Source of the DNA: Thermoanaerobaculia bacterium
GTDB lineage: Bacteria; Acidobacteriota; Thermoanaerobaculia; Multivoradales; JAIOJS01
DNA length: 64,000 nt
Reading direction: 5' to 3'
Assembly (NCBI GenBank): GCA_963837455.1
Contig: CAWINM010000015.1
Location: forward strand, 384 to 64,383
Position 1 is the first letter of the stretch. Each line of letters opens with the position of its first letter. Positions 21,076 through 34,600 of the stretch are shown here, in pieces. The notes beneath the pieces are model-generated. The model was not told where the DNA came from. It searched no databases and saw nothing but the letters and a program-made list of their open reading frames with translations. A program made the translations under genes and the position numbers.

Positions 21076-23958
21076 CTAGCGGTCGAGCACCTCGCGCACC
21101 TTGCGCGCCAGGATGCCGACGGTGAAGGGTTTCTCGAGCAGCGGCACGTCATCGGTCAACGCCCCGCGCAGGATCACCTCGTCGTCGGTGTAGCCCGACA
21201 TGTAGAGCACCCTGATTCCCGGCCGTCGCGCCACCATCTGGGCGGCCAGCTCGATTCCGCTGCAGCCCGGCATCACCACGTCGGTGAGCAGCAGGTGGAT
21301 GACGCCCGCAAAGCTGGCCGCCACTTCCAGCGCCGCGGCGGCATCCCCGGCCTCCAGGATGTCGTAGCCACAGGCGTCGAGGAAACGACGGATGAGGGGG
21401 CGCAGGGCGGCCTCGTCCTCGACCACCAGCACCGTCTCGGCGCCGCGTGGCAGCTCCACTCGCGGCGCCGGGGCCGCGCTCGACGGTCGCCCCTCGACCA
21501 CCGGCAGGTAGACCTCGAAGGTGGAGCCGCGGCCCTCTTCGCTGCTGACAAAGATGCGACCACCGCTCTGCTCGACGATGCCGTGCGCGGTGGCGAGCCC
21601 GAGGCCGGTGCCCCTGCCCTCCCCCTTGGTGGTGTAGAAGGGCTCGAAGAGATGCACCTGGACCTCGGGAGGCATGCCAATACCGGTGTCGCTCACCGCC
21701 AGCACCACGTGCGGGCCAGGCCCGAGCGCCACCGCCCGCGTCGCATCGAGCTCCCCGCCGGCCTCGACAGCGCGGGTGGCGAGCGTCAACCGGCCACCGC
21801 GGGGCATGGCGTCGCGAGCGTTGACCGCCAGGTTGAGGAGGACCTGCTCGAGCTGGCCGGGATCGGCCTCGATCGCAGGCAGCCGCTCGGCAACCGCGGT
21901 CACCAGCTCGACGTCCTCGCCGATGACCCGCCGCAGCATGGTCTCGATGTCGGCGACCACGCGGTTGACGTCGAGGATGCGCGGCTGCAGAACCTGGCGG
22001 CGGCTGAACGCGAGCAGCTGGCGGGTGAGCCCGGCCGCCCGCGCGCCCGCCTTGAGCACCTCGTCGGCGAAGCCCTGCAGCTGCGGGTCGGCCGAGAGCC
22101 GCTCGCGCAGCAGCTCGCCGTAACCGCTGATCACGCCCAGCATGTTGTTGAAGTCGTGGGCCACGCCGCCGGCGAGGCGGCCCATCGACTCCATCCGCTG
22201 GGCTTGCAGGAGCTGGGTCTCGAGGCGGCGTCGCTCGGTGAGGTCGTGCATGATGGCGATGAGGACAGGGTCGCTGCCGGGCCCGTCGACGTGCGCCAGC
22301 GACACCGAGACCTCGACGGGCACGCGGGTGCCATCCGAGCGCAGCAGGTGCCGGTCCACCACCCGCAGCGCCCCCTCGCTGGCCAGCACCCGCCGCTCCC
22401 CTTCGAGGAGAGCGCGCTCCTCGGGGACGACCAGCTCGTCGTAAGTGCGCCCGATGATCTCCTCGCGAGGACGGCCGAGGATCCGCTCGGCCTCGCGGTT
22501 GGCCTCGATCACCCGGTTGGGCCTCTGGACGACGAAGATGGCATCGTTGGCCTGCTCCATGAGCGCTCGCAGACGAGCCTCCGACGCGCCCAGCCGTTGC
22601 AGCGATTCCACCAGCGCCACCGTCTGCCCGAGCTGCGAAGCCAGGCTGCGGGCAAAGGCCTGCCATGGCACCTCGTCGAGGTCGTGACTGTCGGAAGCGA
22701 GCACCAGCAGCCCGAAGCGCCGGCCCAGCACCACGAACGGCACGAGCAGGGCGGACGACTGCTCGATGCGGGCGAGGAATCGACGTTGCGCCTCGGAGGG
22801 GCGTCCGCGTTCCGCGAAGCCGACGCTCGCGCCGGAGCTCATGGCATCCTGCAGCAGCTCGGGCTGCCCAAAGCACGCCTTCGCATCGGCTCGCATCTCG
22901 CTGGCGATTCCGAACAGCGCCTGCAGCTGCAGCGAGCCGTCCGGCTCGGCGCGGTAGAAGAGCCCGGTCGAGAGCCCGGTGGCGTCGAGACTGTGGATCA
23001 GCACGTCGCCAATCGTCCCGGGCACGTCCTGGGGCCGTGACAAGGCCTCCGAGAGGCCACGGATCACCGACAGCGCGGTGGCCTGGATGGCCGCCTCGCG
23101 CACCAGCAGGTCGTTGCGCATCTTCTCGCGCTCGACCTGTGCCTGCAGGCGCTCGCGATGGAGCAGGACGACGTCCTCCCCCGGGTGGGCAACGGGCACG
23201 CCGGCGGCACCCAGGCTGCGGGCCAAAGCTGCGGCGGCCTCGCCGAGGTCGCCGGTGCGCAGCACCAGCGCGCTCGCGCCCACCTGTGCCGCCAGCTGGC
23301 GGTCGGGGTCCTCGACGTACGACGAGGAGGCGAGCACCACCGGCACGGCGGCGAGCCGCGGGTCCGAGCGCACTGCGAGGCAGAGCGAGAACCCGTCCAT
23401 CCCCGGCATCAGCACGTCGGCAAGGATCGCCTGCGGCTCCCAGCGGCGCGCTACCTCGAGGCCCGCCTCGCCGCTCGTCGCCGTCTCGACCTCGTAGCCG
23501 GCGTTGCGCAGCCGCAGCGCCGCGAGCTTGAGGTTGAGCGGCTCGTCGTCGATCACCAGCACGCGCCGCCCGCAACCGGGGCTGCCGTGGGTTCCGAGAT
23601 GGGCGCTGACCACCTCCAGCAGTCGCGACGGCTCGAGGGGCTTGATCAGCACCTGGACCAGCGGTCCGCCGCGCTCGGTCAGCTCCTCGAGCCGCGAAGA
23701 CATGCCGGTGACCAGCAATGCGGGCAGCTCGGGTTGGGCGCCGGCGCGGCGGAGCTCGGCGAGGAGGCTGAGGCCATCCATGTCGGGGAGCACGTAGTCG
23801 ATCACCGCGAGGTCGAGGGCGGCGCCGGCCGCCGCCGCCAGCGCCCCGCTGCCGTCGCCCGCCGGCACCACCTCGTAGCCGTCGCTCTCGAGCGTCAGGC
23901 GCAGCATCTTGCGGGTGATCGGGTTGTCCTCGACGACGAGCACGGTGCCGGCGCCCAT
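21076..23958 (-). CDS. hybrid sensor histidine kinase (REC-REC-GAF-PAS-HisKA-HATPase-REC)
   Basis: Two N-terminal receivers (VLVVEDNP.., VLVIDDEP..). H-box [13 protein letters not shown] boxes ([24 protein letters not shown]). C-terminal receiver [21 protein letters not shown] overlap with the upstream gene. Confidence 0.85.
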   Translation of the reverse strand: MGAGTVLVVEDNPITRKMLRLTLESDGYEVVPAGDGSGALAAAAGAALDLAVIDYVLPDMDGLSLLAELRRAGAQPELPALLVTGMSSRLEELTERGGPLVQVLIKPLEPSRLLEVVSAHLGTHGSPGCGRRVLVIDDEPLNLKLAALRLRNAGYEVETATSGEAGLEVARRWEPQAILADVLMPGMDGFSLCLAVRSDPRLAAVPVVLASSSYVEDPDRQLAAQVGASALVLRTGDLGEAAAALARSLGAAGVPVAHPGEDVVLLHRERLQAQVEREKMRNDLLVREAAIQATALSVIRGLSEALSRPQDVPGTIGDVLIHSLDATGLSTGLFYRAEPDGSLQLQALFGIASEMRADAKACFGQPELLQDAMSSGASVGFAERGRPSEAQRRFLARIEQSSALLVPFVVLGRRFGLLVLASDSHDLDEVPWQAFARSLASQLGQTVALVESLQRLGASEARLRALMEQANDAIFVVQRPNRVIEANREAERILGRPREEIIGRTYDELVVPEERALLEGERRVLASEGALRVVDRHLLRSDGTRVPVEVSVSLAHVDGPGSDPVLIAIMHDLTERRRLETQLLQAQRMESMGRLAGGVAHDFNNMLGVISGYGELLRERLSADPQLQGFADEVLKAGARAAGLTRQLLAFSRRQVLQPRILDVNRVVADIETMLRRVIGEDVELVTAVAERLPAIEADPGQLEQVLLNLAVNARDAMPRGGRLTLATRAVEAGGELDATRAVALGPGPHVVLAVSDTGIGMPPEVQVHLFEPFYTTKGEGRGTGLGLATAHGIVEQSGGRIFVSSEEGRGSTFEVYLPVVEGRPSSAAPAPRVELPRGAETVLVVEDEAALRPLIRRFLDACGYDILEAGDAAAALEVAASFAGVIHLLLTDVVMPGCSGIELAAQMVARRPGIRVLYMSGYTDDEVILRGALTDDVPLLEKPFTVGILARKVREVLDR

Positions 23959-24349
23959 CAGCGACCTCCAGCGGCCGCGGCGTCGGCGCGCAAGCGCGCG
24001 GCGACCAGCGCTGCCAGCGCATCGGTGTCGATCGGCTTCGCCAGGTAGCCGTCGCAGCCGGCCGCGAGCGCCAGCTCCTCGTCCCCCTTCATGGCGTAGG
24101 CGGTGAGGGCGATGACGAGAATCCGCCGTCGCGCCGGGTCGGCCTTGAGGCGGCGCGTCAGCTCGAGCCCGTCCATGCCCGGCAGCTGCAGGTCCATGAG
24201 GATGAGCCGAGGCAGGAAGGACTCGAGCACCACCAGCGCCGCCTCGGCGTCGACGGCAGTGCGGACCTCGTACCCCTCGGCGGCGAGCAGCACGCGCGCG
24301 AGCTTGAGGTTCTGCGGGTTGTCGTCGACGACCAGGATCGGCTCGGCGG

Positions 24350-24353
<4 letters not shown>
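23958..24353 (-). CDS. single-domain response regulator (CheY-like receiver)
   Basis: [13 protein letters not shown]...[13 protein letters not shown]...[10 protein letters not shown]...YLAKPI. The GTG start overlaps the kinase stop (GTGA). Confidence 0.85.
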
Positions 24354-25885
<1,532 letters not shown>

Positions 25886-26088
25886 GCCCCACCCCCAAGA
25901 GCAGCCATCCGAGGAGGCACGGCCGGGCCGACCCCGGCTCCGCACCAGACCCTTGACGAGACCAAGCTAGCTCGCCCCAGGTGCCACGTCTATCAGGTAA
26001 ACCACGTACGGGGATCGGGTTGCGGGCTTGCCGGCGGTCTCCCGACCCCGATGGGGTCCCAAGCCGGCGCCAGGGCTCCCTCGAGGCC

Positions 26089-26748
26089 CTAGTCGAGCGG
26101 GAGGATGCCGCGGCGCAAGGCGTAGCGAACGACGTCGGCCTCGCGGCGGAGCCCGAGCTTGCTCATCACCCGCGCGCGGTGGGTCTCGGCGGTACGCGGG
26201 CTGATCGCCAGGCGGTCGCCGATCTCGCGGTTGCGCAGACCCTCAGCCATCAGCCTCAGCACCTCGCGCTCGCGGTCGGTGAGGGTGGCGTAGAGGTCGG
26301 CCCCGGCCTCGGTGGTGGCGCGCTGCCGGTAGGCCTCGATCGCCTGGTCCGAGAACGGCGGGCTCAGGTAACGGTGCCCGGCCGCCACCTCGCGGATGGC
26401 ATCGAACAGGTCCGCCGCGGTGGCGTCCTGGCGCACGTAGCCACCGGCGCCGCCCTCCAACGCCGCCAGCACCTGCACCTCGTCGGCCGGCGCCGAGAGC
26501 ACCAGCGAACGCGTCCGCAGCTTCCGCTGTGCCACGCGCCGGATCACGTCCAGGGCGGCCTGGCGAGCTGTCGCCAGGACGACCACCACGACGTCGGGTC
26601 GCAGCGCCTCGACCAGCTCGATGGCCTGCGCCCCGTCGGAGGCCTCGCCGACGACGGCGAAGCCACCCTCGGCCGCGAGCAGGGCGGCAAGCGCCTGCCG
26701 CACCATGCGGTGCTCGTCGACGAGCACGACGGTGATGGTGTCGCTCAT
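26089..26748 (-). CDS. NarL/FixJ-family response regulator with LuxR-type HTH; the receiver lacks the phospho-acceptor Asp
   Basis: VVLVDEHRMVR.. then PDVVVVVLATARQAALD where the family has PD..L.D..MP. YVRQD appears where the conserved Lys is expected. C-terminal LTDREREVLRLMAEGLRNREIGDRLAISPRTAETHR. Confidence 0.8.
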   Translation of the reverse strand: MSDTITVVLVDEHRMVRQALAALLAAEGGFAVVGEASDGAQAIELVEALRPDVVVVVLATARQAALDVIRRVAQRKLRTRSLVLSAPADEVQVLAALEGGAGGYVRQDATAADLFDAIREVAAGHRYLSPPFSDQAIEAYRQRATTEAGADLYATLTDREREVLRLMAEGLRNREIGDRLAISPRTAETHRARVMSKLGLRREADVVRYALRRGILPLD

Positions 26749-26900
26749 TCCCGGGACACGGAGGACAGCGCGCGCCGTCGCGCACCGGGGCTGGCTGAAT
26801 GGGCAACCGATGTCGTGGAGCCGCTCACCCGCGGCACCCACGGGAGGGTGACGACATGGCTTAGACGATAGGATCGTACCCTGGAAGCGTCCATCCGTGA

Positions 26901-26923
26901 GTGCCCGTATGTGGGTGCCCGTA
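26901..26923. repeat. tandem direct repeat GTGCCCGTA (x2, 14-bp period) in the divergent intergenic region
   Basis: tgaGTGCCCGTAtgtggGTGCCCGTAcc, at 26901-26909 and 26915-26923. It lies between the regulator start (26748, minus strand) and the secreted-protein gene (27018, plus strand). Confidence 0.35.
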
Positions 26924-27017
26924 CCCCTGGCCGGCAGCCCTCTCCAATAGAGGACGGCCCTCGCGCAGGATTTGACCGCTCTGCGCGTTCCAAGGGTAGG
27001 GCTGACCAGCCCGCAAC

Positions 27018-27599
27018 GTGAGGAGAACGACCGTGAGACACCATCGCACCCTTCGCAGCGCCCTGCTGATAGCCGCCCTCGCCTCCCTCGCCTCGGGGGC
27101 CGACGCCGCCCGCGTCCGCGTCGTCCACCACCCGCACCGCACGACGGTGAGGGTCCGCGCCGGCTTCCCCCTGCGGCGGACCCTGCCCCGCGTCTACGTC
27201 CGGCCACCGCGGGTGGCGGTGCGCGTGGCGCCGCGGGTGTTCCTGCCACCGCTGGTGTTCGCTGCCACCGTCGTCGCCGCTCCCAGGACCGCGGTCCAGG
27301 TCTGGCGCGGCAGCGAGAAGCTCGACCGTGACGATGACTGGACGGAGCTCACCCTCAACGTCGACAAGCGCGGCAGCAAGCTGCTCCTCGACATCGAAGG
27401 GGGTGCCGCCGCGATCAGCTTCGCCGAGGTGGTCTTCGACAACGGCGAGGCCAGGGTGGTCGACTTCGCCGACAAGGTCCACGCGCCCGGGGTCTACTCG
27501 CTGCTCGACTTCGCGGATGGGCGCAAGGTGGATCACGTCCGCTTCGTGGCCAGGGCCGACGAGAGCTCGGCCGAGGTCGGCTTCCGCCTGATCACCTGA
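27018..27599 (+). CDS. secreted hypothetical protein
   Basis: Signal peptide LRSALLIAALASLASGADA, an Arg/Val/Pro-rich linker, then a beta-rich C-terminal domain (WTELTLNVDKRGSKLLLDIEGGAAAISFAEVVFDNGEARVVDF..). The start could be GTG 27018 or GTG 27033. Confidence 0.45.
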   Translation: MRRTTVRHHRTLRSALLIAALASLASGADAARVRVVHHPHRTTVRVRAGFPLRRTLPRVYVRPPRVAVRVAPRVFLPPLVFAATVVAAPRTAVQVWRGSEKLDRDDDWTELTLNVDKRGSKLLLDIEGGAAAISFAEVVFDNGEARVVDFADKVHAPGVYSLLDFADGRKVDHVRFVARADESSAEVGFRLIT

Positions 27600-27710
27600 C
27601 GCGACGGCGAGCCTCTGCCGGTCCCCGGAGAGGCGGCCCGGCGTCACGGCGGGCGGGGCAGACCCGCCCGCTGCCGCGCCGGCGGGCGCGATAGAGTGCC
27701 GGCCACCCGC

Positions 27711-29201
27711 ATGGCTGGACGCCACGACGATGCGCGCGTCTGGGAGGACGACCTCGAGGTCGCCTCCCCCGTTTTCGGCATCGACGACGTGCCGCCACCG
27801 GTCGAGACCCTGCTCTACGCCTGGCAGCACACGCTCGTCGACGTCTCCCCCTACGTCCTGCCGCTGGTAGTGGCGACGGCGGTCGGCTACACGCCGGCGC
27901 AGGCCGCCGAGATGATCTCGGCCTGCCTGATGCTGATGGGGCTCGCCACCTTCGTCAACGCCACCTGGGGCAACCGCCTCCCGGCGGTGCTCGGCCCCTC
28001 GGCCACCGACACCGGCGCCATGGCCACCGCCGGTGCCATCTGCGGCGCGCCCGCGATGTGGATGGCCGGCTTCCTCGGCGGCCTGCTGGAGGTCGCCATC
28101 GGCGCCAGCGGAGTGCTCGCTCGCCTGCGCCGCTTCCTGCCGCCCTACGTGTGCGGCATCATCGTCCTCACCATCGGGGTCACCCTCGCCCGCGTCGCCG
28201 GCGGCTGGCTGTTCGCCGACCCGCGCCCGCGCATGCTCGGCCTCGCCGGCGCCGCCATGCTGGCGGTGCTGGCGCTTACCGTCGCCGGCCACCGCTGCGG
28301 CGTCGGCATCCTCGCCCGCGGCTCGCTGCTCTGGAGCCTGCTCTTGTGCGGCGGTGTCGGCGGCGCCGCCCTGGGCCTGGCCGACTTCAGCGCCATCGGG
28401 CGCGCGCCGTGGCTCGGCCTGCCTCGTCTCTTTGCCTATGGCTCGCCGTTTTCCGGGTGGCAGCTGGTGCCGGCCGCCGTCATCGGCGTCACCATCGGCT
28501 ACCTGGGATCGATCGCCGAGTCGATCGGCGACTACGCCGGCACCTGTGCCGTCGCCGGCATCCCCTACCGTGTGCGCCACATGAACCGCGGCATCACCGT
28601 CGAGGGGATCGCCTCCGCCGTCGGCCCCCTGTTCGGCGCCCTGCCCCTCACCACCTACTCGCAGAACGTCGGCGTCGTCGCCACCACCCGCGTCGCCAGC
28701 CGCCGCGTGGTGCAGGTGGCCGCGCTGCTGCTCCTGCTCTACGGGCTGTCGCCCAAGGTGGGAGCGTTGCTGGTGGTGATTCCGCGGCCGGTGGTGGGCG
28801 CCGTCTTCCTCGTCATCTGCGGCATGATCGCGGCCACCGGGCTGCGGCTGCTCGCCAGCGGCCCGCGGGACGAGGTCTCCTACCTCACCACCGCCGTCAG
28901 CCTCGGCGTCGCGCTGACGCTGCCGCTTGTGGCGCCGGCGAGCAAGGCATGGTTCGCGACCTTGCCGGCGCTGGCGCGGCTGATGCTGGCCAACGGCGTG
29001 GTGCTGGCGGTCACCCTGGCGGTCACCCTCAACGCCGTGCTGGCGGCGATGTTGCACCGAGGCGCGGTGCCCACCGCCGCCCCCGCCAACGCCGCGGGAT
29101 CGGTGGCGGCCCGCGAGCGGCCGGCGAGCGGCGACGGTGACGCGCCGGCCAACGCGTCGCCGGTGCGGCCCGTGACCGCCCCACGACCGCGCGGCCACTG
29201 A
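27711..29201 (+). CDS. nucleobase:cation symporter-2 (xanthine/uracil permease, SLC23-like) family transporter
   Basis: LLYAWQH..., LPAVLGPS, YSQNVGVVATTRVASRRV (the NCS2 signature region), and about 12 TM segments. Confidence 0.75.
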   Translation: MAGRHDDARVWEDDLEVASPVFGIDDVPPPVETLLYAWQHTLVDVSPYVLPLVVATAVGYTPAQAAEMISACLMLMGLATFVNATWGNRLPAVLGPSATDTGAMATAGAICGAPAMWMAGFLGGLLEVAIGASGVLARLRRFLPPYVCGIIVLTIGVTLARVAGGWLFADPRPRMLGLAGAAMLAVLALTVAGHRCGVGILARGSLLWSLLLCGGVGGAALGLADFSAIGRAPWLGLPRLFAYGSPFSGWQLVPAAVIGVTIGYLGSIAESIGDYAGTCAVAGIPYRVRHMNRGITVEGIASAVGPLFGALPLTTYSQNVGVVATTRVASRRVVQVAALLLLLYGLSPKVGALLVVIPRPVVGAVFLVICGMIAATGLRLLASGPRDEVSYLTTAVSLGVALTLPLVAPASKAWFATLPALARLMLANGVVLAVTLAVTLNAVLAAMLHRGAVPTAAPANAAGSVAARERPASGDGDAPANASPVRPVTAPRPRGH

Positions 29202-29236
29202 CGGCGCGACCTCGCCGCAGATAGGCTCCGACGGCG

Positions 29237-30259
29237 ATGCGCCCGACCCACCGGCTGCTGCCGCTCCTCGCCGCCGTCCTGCTGGCTTCCGCGGCGCCGC
29301 TGCCGGCGGCGCCGGCGAGGACGTTGCTCAATGTCTCCTACGACCCGACGCGCGAGCTCTACGAGCAGTACAACGCCGCTTTCGCCTCCTACTGGCGGCA
29401 GAAGACCGGCACGGTGGTCACCGTCAACCAGTCGCACGGCGGCTCCGGCAAGCAGGCGCGTGCCGTCATCGAGGGATTGCAGGCGGACGTCGTCACCCTG
29501 GCGCTCGCCTACGACGTCGACGCCATCGCCCGGGCCGGTCTCGTGGACCGCGGCTGGCAGCGGCGGCTGCCCCACGACTCGGCGCCCTACACCTCCACCA
29601 TCGTCTTCCTGGTGCGCAAGGGCAACCCCAAGAGGATCAGAGACTGGGACGACCTCGCGCGACCAGGGATCGCGGTGATCACGCCCAACCCCAAGACCTC
29701 GGGCGGGGCGCGCTGGAACTACCTCGCCGCCTGGGGCTGGGCGCTGCGGCAGCCCGGTGGCTCGCCGGCCAGGGCGCGCGCGCTGGTGCGCGCCGTCTAT
29801 AGGAACGTCCCCATCCTCGACACCGGCGCCCGCGGCGCCACCATCACCTTCGCCGAGCGCGGCATCGGCGACGTGTTGGTGGCCTGGGAGAACGAGGCCA
29901 TGCTCGCCATGCGCGAGCTGGCGAAGCGGCCCCAGGCGCGGGGCGGCTTCGAGCTCGTCGCCCCCTCGCAGTCGATCCTCGCCGAGCCGCCGGTGGCGGT
30001 GGTCGACGCGGTGGCGGCCAAGCACCGCAACGGCGACCTCGCGCGCGCCTACCTCGAGTACCTCTACTCGCCAGCCGCCCAGGAGATCGTGGCGCGCAGC
30101 TTCTACCGCCCCCGCGACCCGGTGGTGGCTGCCCGCCACGCGGCGCAGTTCCCCAAGCTGACGCTGTTCACCGTCGGCGAGGTCTTCGGCGGCTGGGCGA
30201 AGGCGCAACGCGACCACTTCGCCGACGGCGGCACCTTCGACCAGATCTACGCGCCGTAG
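29237..30259 (+). CDS. sbp: sulfate/thiosulfate ABC transporter substrate-binding protein
   Basis: [19 protein letters not shown]...[36 protein letters not shown]...[18 protein letters not shown]. No cysTWA genes are adjacent. Confidence 0.85.
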   Translation: MRPTHRLLPLLAAVLLASAAPLPAAPARTLLNVSYDPTRELYEQYNAAFASYWRQKTGTVVTVNQSHGGSGKQARAVIEGLQADVVTLALAYDVDAIARAGLVDRGWQRRLPHDSAPYTSTIVFLVRKGNPKRIRDWDDLARPGIAVITPNPKTSGGARWNYLAAWGWALRQPGGSPARARALVRAVYRNVPILDTGARGATITFAERGIGDVLVAWENEAMLAMRELAKRPQARGGFELVAPSQSILAEPPVAVVDAVAAKHRNGDLARAYLEYLYSPAAQEIVARSFYRPRDPVVAARHAAQFPKLTLFTVGEVFGGWAKAQRDHFADGGTFDQIYAP

Positions 30260-30325
30260 CTCGAGCTGCCGGGGCACGCCGGCCCCAAGCGCGGTGCAGC
30301 CGGGTGCTAGTCTCCGCCATCCGGC

Positions 30326-31438
30326 ATGGACGCCGCGGCCACCGATCCTGCGCGCGACGAGGCCTTCGTCTCCCCGGCGCTCGCTGCCATCGAGCGCGAA
30401 CGTTACGTCGCCTACTCGGCGCTGGCGCGGAACCTCCACTGGCTGGCCGCGGCGCTGGTGGTGCTCTATGCCGTGCTCCATCGCGGCGCCGAGGGAGGTG
30501 CGGGCACGCGGCTGCTCCTCTACCTGCTCGCCGGCGCCATGGTGGCGTACACGCTCGCCTTGCACTGGCCGCGCCTGGGAGCGGTGCTGACGCTCTCGCG
30601 GGTGTGGCTGGAGGCCGCGCTCGACATCGCCTGGGTGACCGGGGTCGTGCTCGCCACGGGCGGCGCCGCCAGCCCCCTCTACTTCCTCTACTACATGGGG
30701 CTGTTCACCACCCTGCCTGCCGCGGGGCGCCGGCCGACCTACTTCAAGGCGGCGGCGATCGCCGCCATCAGCGGCCTGCTGGCCGTGCGCGGCGCGGGTG
30801 GCGCCGCCGGCTGGCGGGCTGTCAGCGAGCTGGTGTGGCCGCTCGCCGCCCTCTGGCTGGTGGCCTACTTCGCCGCCGAGTCAGGATCGGTGGGCGCCCA
30901 CCTGCACCGCTCGCTCTTCCTCGTCGCCCATACCGACGCCCTCACCGGCCTCCCCAACCTGCGCTACTTCACCGGCGCAGCCGACCTGCGCGGTCAGCTC
31001 GGTGAGCCCTACGCCATCGTCATGGTCGACGCCGACGGCCTCAAGCGGGTCAACGACAGCTACGGTCACGCTCGGGGCTCGCAGCTGATCCAGCGCGTTG
31101 CCGTGGCCCTGCGCCGTGTCGCCCGCAGCGGCGACGACCTCTGCTCGCGGCTGGGGGGTGACGAGTTCATCGTCCGCCTCGCCGGCGCCACGGCCGAGGG
31201 CGCCCTCGCCTACTGCGGGCGCGTGCAGCGCCACCTTGCCGAGCACCCGCTGCTGCTCGACGACGGCACGCGGGTACCGATCTCGATCTCGCTCGGCGTC
31301 GCCGCCTACCCCACCGACGGCAGGAGCCTCTCCGAGGTCACCGAGAGGGCGGACCAGGCGCTCTACGCCGGGAAGCGCACGCGCCGCGGCAGCGCCCAGG
31401 TCTGGTCTGGCGCCGCGGCCACGACGCCTCGCGTCTGA
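30326..31438 (+). CDS. membrane-bound diguanylate cyclase (GGDEF)
   Basis: About 6 TM helices, then DALTGLPNLRYF...VMVDADGLKRVNDSYGHARGSQLI...RLGGDEFIV. There is no RxxD I-site 5 residues upstream of GGDEF. Confidence 0.8.
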   Translation: MDAAATDPARDEAFVSPALAAIERERYVAYSALARNLHWLAAALVVLYAVLHRGAEGGAGTRLLLYLLAGAMVAYTLALHWPRLGAVLTLSRVWLEAALDIAWVTGVVLATGGAASPLYFLYYMGLFTTLPAAGRRPTYFKAAAIAAISGLLAVRGAGGAAGWRAVSELVWPLAALWLVAYFAAESGSVGAHLHRSLFLVAHTDALTGLPNLRYFTGAADLRGQLGEPYAIVMVDADGLKRVNDSYGHARGSQLIQRVAVALRRVARSGDDLCSRLGGDEFIVRLAGATAEGALAYCGRVQRHLAEHPLLLDDGTRVPISISLGVAAYPTDGRSLSEVTERADQALYAGKRTRRGSAQVWSGAAATTPRV

Positions 31439-31654
31439 CGGTCGGCGGGACGCCGCGAGTGCAACGAGGGTCGCCGTCGCGTCGCGCCCGGGGCCGCACC
31501 GCGGCGTTCACCCTCGCCTCGAGCCGTGCAGGTGGCCGCTCGCGGCAGTCGGCGCGGCGCGCACCGGGTTTGTCGCGATCTCGCACCAAACGGAGAGCGC
31601 CCTGCCGGCTGTCCGGCAGGGCGCGCCGTCGAGGCGCCGAGAGAGGCTCGGCGG

Positions 31655-34600
31655 CTAGCCGTGCAGTCGCAGCCGCCACAGGGCCGCGGCGGCGAGCAGC
31701 AACCCGGCGAGCAGCAACCCGAGGCCGGAGAGCGTCGGTACTTCGAGCACCGAGCCCTGAACGGCGAACGTAGTCGGGTCACCCACCGCTCCACCCGGGG
31801 CGTCGGTCTGGATCGTCGCGTCGTTGGTGCCACCGCCCGTCGAGTCGTAGTTGACCGTGCCTTGGTTCGAGATGACCTGGCCGGGGGCCGCCGCGTTGTC
31901 GATCGTCGCGTTGATGGTGATCGTCACCGTGCCCCCGTTGGCTGGGATCGAACCGTCCCAGTTGACCGTCGGAGGTGCCGAGGTCACGGTGCCGGAGGTG
32001 GCGCTGGCGCTGACGAACGTCAAGCCGGCCGGCAGGGTGTCGGTAAACTCATGGCCGGCATTGTCGTTCTGGGCCCCGGTGCCGTTGTTGGTGAGGACGA
32101 TGGTGTAGGCGATGGCGCCGCCCGGCGTGAAGGTGCCGGTGACGGACTTGGTGGCCGTGACGTTGGCGGGCGCCAGCACGGGAGCGTCGCACACGGCTGG
32201 CGTGAAGCTCAGCGACCAGGCGCGGATGTTGCCCGTGTCGCCGACGAAGAAGTCGGTGGCGTGCAGCTCCCAGGTGCCGGTGATCGCCTGGCCGCCAAAG
32301 GCGGAGAGCGGATTGGCCGGCTGCCAGGTGCCGGTGAAGGGTGCGGTGGCGGCCGACTGGATGCTGGTGCCGGCGGTGTCGTCGAGCAGAATCTGGCAGA
32401 AGTTGTTGCCGCCGGCGTCGATCCGGTTGATGATCGTCGCCAGCGTCCCGGCCGGAGACTTGAGGTCGATCTGCAGGTCGTTCGCGAAGGTGTGATCGAT
32501 GCCCACCGTCGTGGAGCTGATCGTGGTGTTGCAGACCGTTCCGTCGATGCTGGCCGTGAGCCCCACCAGGTTGCCGGGAGAGGCGACCGGGAGCGAGGCG
32601 ATCGCGGTGACGCCCGGTGTGTTGGCACCCGGGCTGTCGGGAATGGGCACGGGCGCCCCGGTGTAGCTGAAGGCCACAGGTGTCCCCGCCGCTCCGGTCG
32701 GCAGGCTGAAGTTGAAGACCTGCGGGCTGGACCCGCCGGTGTAGGTCACCGTCAGCGTGAACTGGATCGCGGCACCGCAGGCGGCCGCGTTGGTGACGGT
32801 GAACCGGTAGGGCGTCGCGTTGTTCCCCGACGCGGAGACGGCGAGGTCGGGATAGGCCGAGTTGGGGACGCCGACGTTCACCCCCGCCGTCGAGGTGCTC
32901 AGCACGGCACTGATGGCGGTGGCGCCGGCGCCGCCGACGTTGGTGAGCGGGACGATCAGGCTCCAGATCTCGTTGGGCTCGATGGCGCCGTCACCATCGC
33001 CGGCGACCTGCGTCGGCACCGCCGCGCCGGCGTCGAGGAACGCCTGGGGCACGACGCCGCAGTTCTGTAGCAGCGCGGGGGCCATGAGGATGCCGGCGCC
33101 GGTGTCCTTGTCGACTCCCGCCGCCTCGATGTCGATCGTCGAGGCGAGGATGGCGGTGCGCAACGCCCCCGCCGTGATGGCCGGAGCTCGCCGACTTGCA
33201 GAGCGCTGCGATCGCCGCCGCGTGGGGCGCGGCGGCCGAGGTGCCGTAGAAGGGATTGAAGCCCGGCGCAGCCGTCGAGACACCATCGGCGGCCGTGATG
33301 TCCGGCTTCTGGCGCACGACGCCGCCCGTGCTGGTGCGGTTGCCCGGCGTCAGCTCGACGCCGGTGGGACTCAGGATGATCCGCCGCGGACCGTCGGAGG
33401 TGAAGCTCTCGCTCTCGTTGGCGGCGGTGAACAGGCCGGGGTAGGGCCCGTCCGGCGTGCCGGAGAACGAAGTGGCGGCGGGCGTCGCCGCGACGCTGAA
33501 GGCGTCCGCCGTCGCGCTGTGACCGCGCGTCGCGCCGGCCGTCACCAGGGCGTCGTCGAGCTCGCCCCGGAAGACGATGAGGTTGAACATCGGCCGGGAC
33601 GAGGTCGTCCCGTCGGCGAACAGGTCGATCAGCAAGCGCTCGCCGCCGAAGGTGCCGCCGCCGATGAACTCGATCGGGAAGTCGTCGCCGCCGACCCCGT
33701 CCTGGGTGTCGGTGCTGGCGTCGAAGATCATGGTGAGTCCGCCGTCCATGTCGTAGATGTCGAAGTCGGTGGAGGCAGTCGCCGGTGGCGAAATCGTAGT
33801 TCTCCGCCCAGATCAGCACCGGTGGGTTGCCGCCGCCGAACTCCACGAGGATCGAGTTGCCGCCGTCGCCGAAGTCGTGCAGGTTCGCCCCCGCGAGGGG
33901 GGTCGGGTCGGCGGCGCCGCTGGCGAGGAAGTCGCCCTCCCAGGTACCCGCGGTCAGGTCGTCGGTGTTCCCCTCGTTGCCGGCCGAAGAGAAGTAGATG
34001 ACACCGGCGGCCGTCACCGTATTGACCGACTGCGCCACTGGATTGTCCTGGAACGGCGACTCGTCGAGGTAGATGACGTCGTCGACGATGACGTTGCAGC
34101 CGGATGTGGCCAGGTCGAGGATGTTCTGCGCGAAGCTCGCCTCACTGGTGAAGGCGGTCGCGAAACCGAGGCTCGCACCGGGTGCGAGGTCGTGGACGAT
34201 CTCGAGCATCGCCGAGCCCTCGTCGCCGCTGCCCGCCTGGCCGGCCAGGACGTCGACCGTCGGCGGCAGGTCGCCGCTTGCCTGCAGCGAAGCCAGCGAA
34301 TCGACACCGTCGGAGAGCACGCAGACCTTCACCCCCGCGCCGTTGACGCCGAACGTGCCTCGTGCCGACGGCGTATCGTGGGTGAGCGTCGCCCTCGGAG
34401 ACGTTGACGACGTGACGTCATCGCCGGCATGTGCTGGCGGATCTTCCGCACCTGCGGGATCGCGGCGAGCGTCTCGAGGTCCTGCAGGCGCATGCGCGCG
34501 GTGACCCGCTGGAAGCGCACGCTCGCAGACTTGACGATGCCCCCGAGCGACTCGAGCTCAGCGAGCACTGCCTTCACGCCCGCCGTGCTGGTGAGCGATG

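Noticed and set aside
25971-25986. TGGCAC hexamer upstream of the PAS kinase gene (minus strand)
   Set aside because: The downstream -12 position reads GCGA instead of TTGC, so only the -24 half matches.
26745-29198. 817-aa minus-strand ORF
   Set aside because: It spans the antisense of an intergenic region, the secreted-protein gene and the NCS2 permease. It has no domain signatures.
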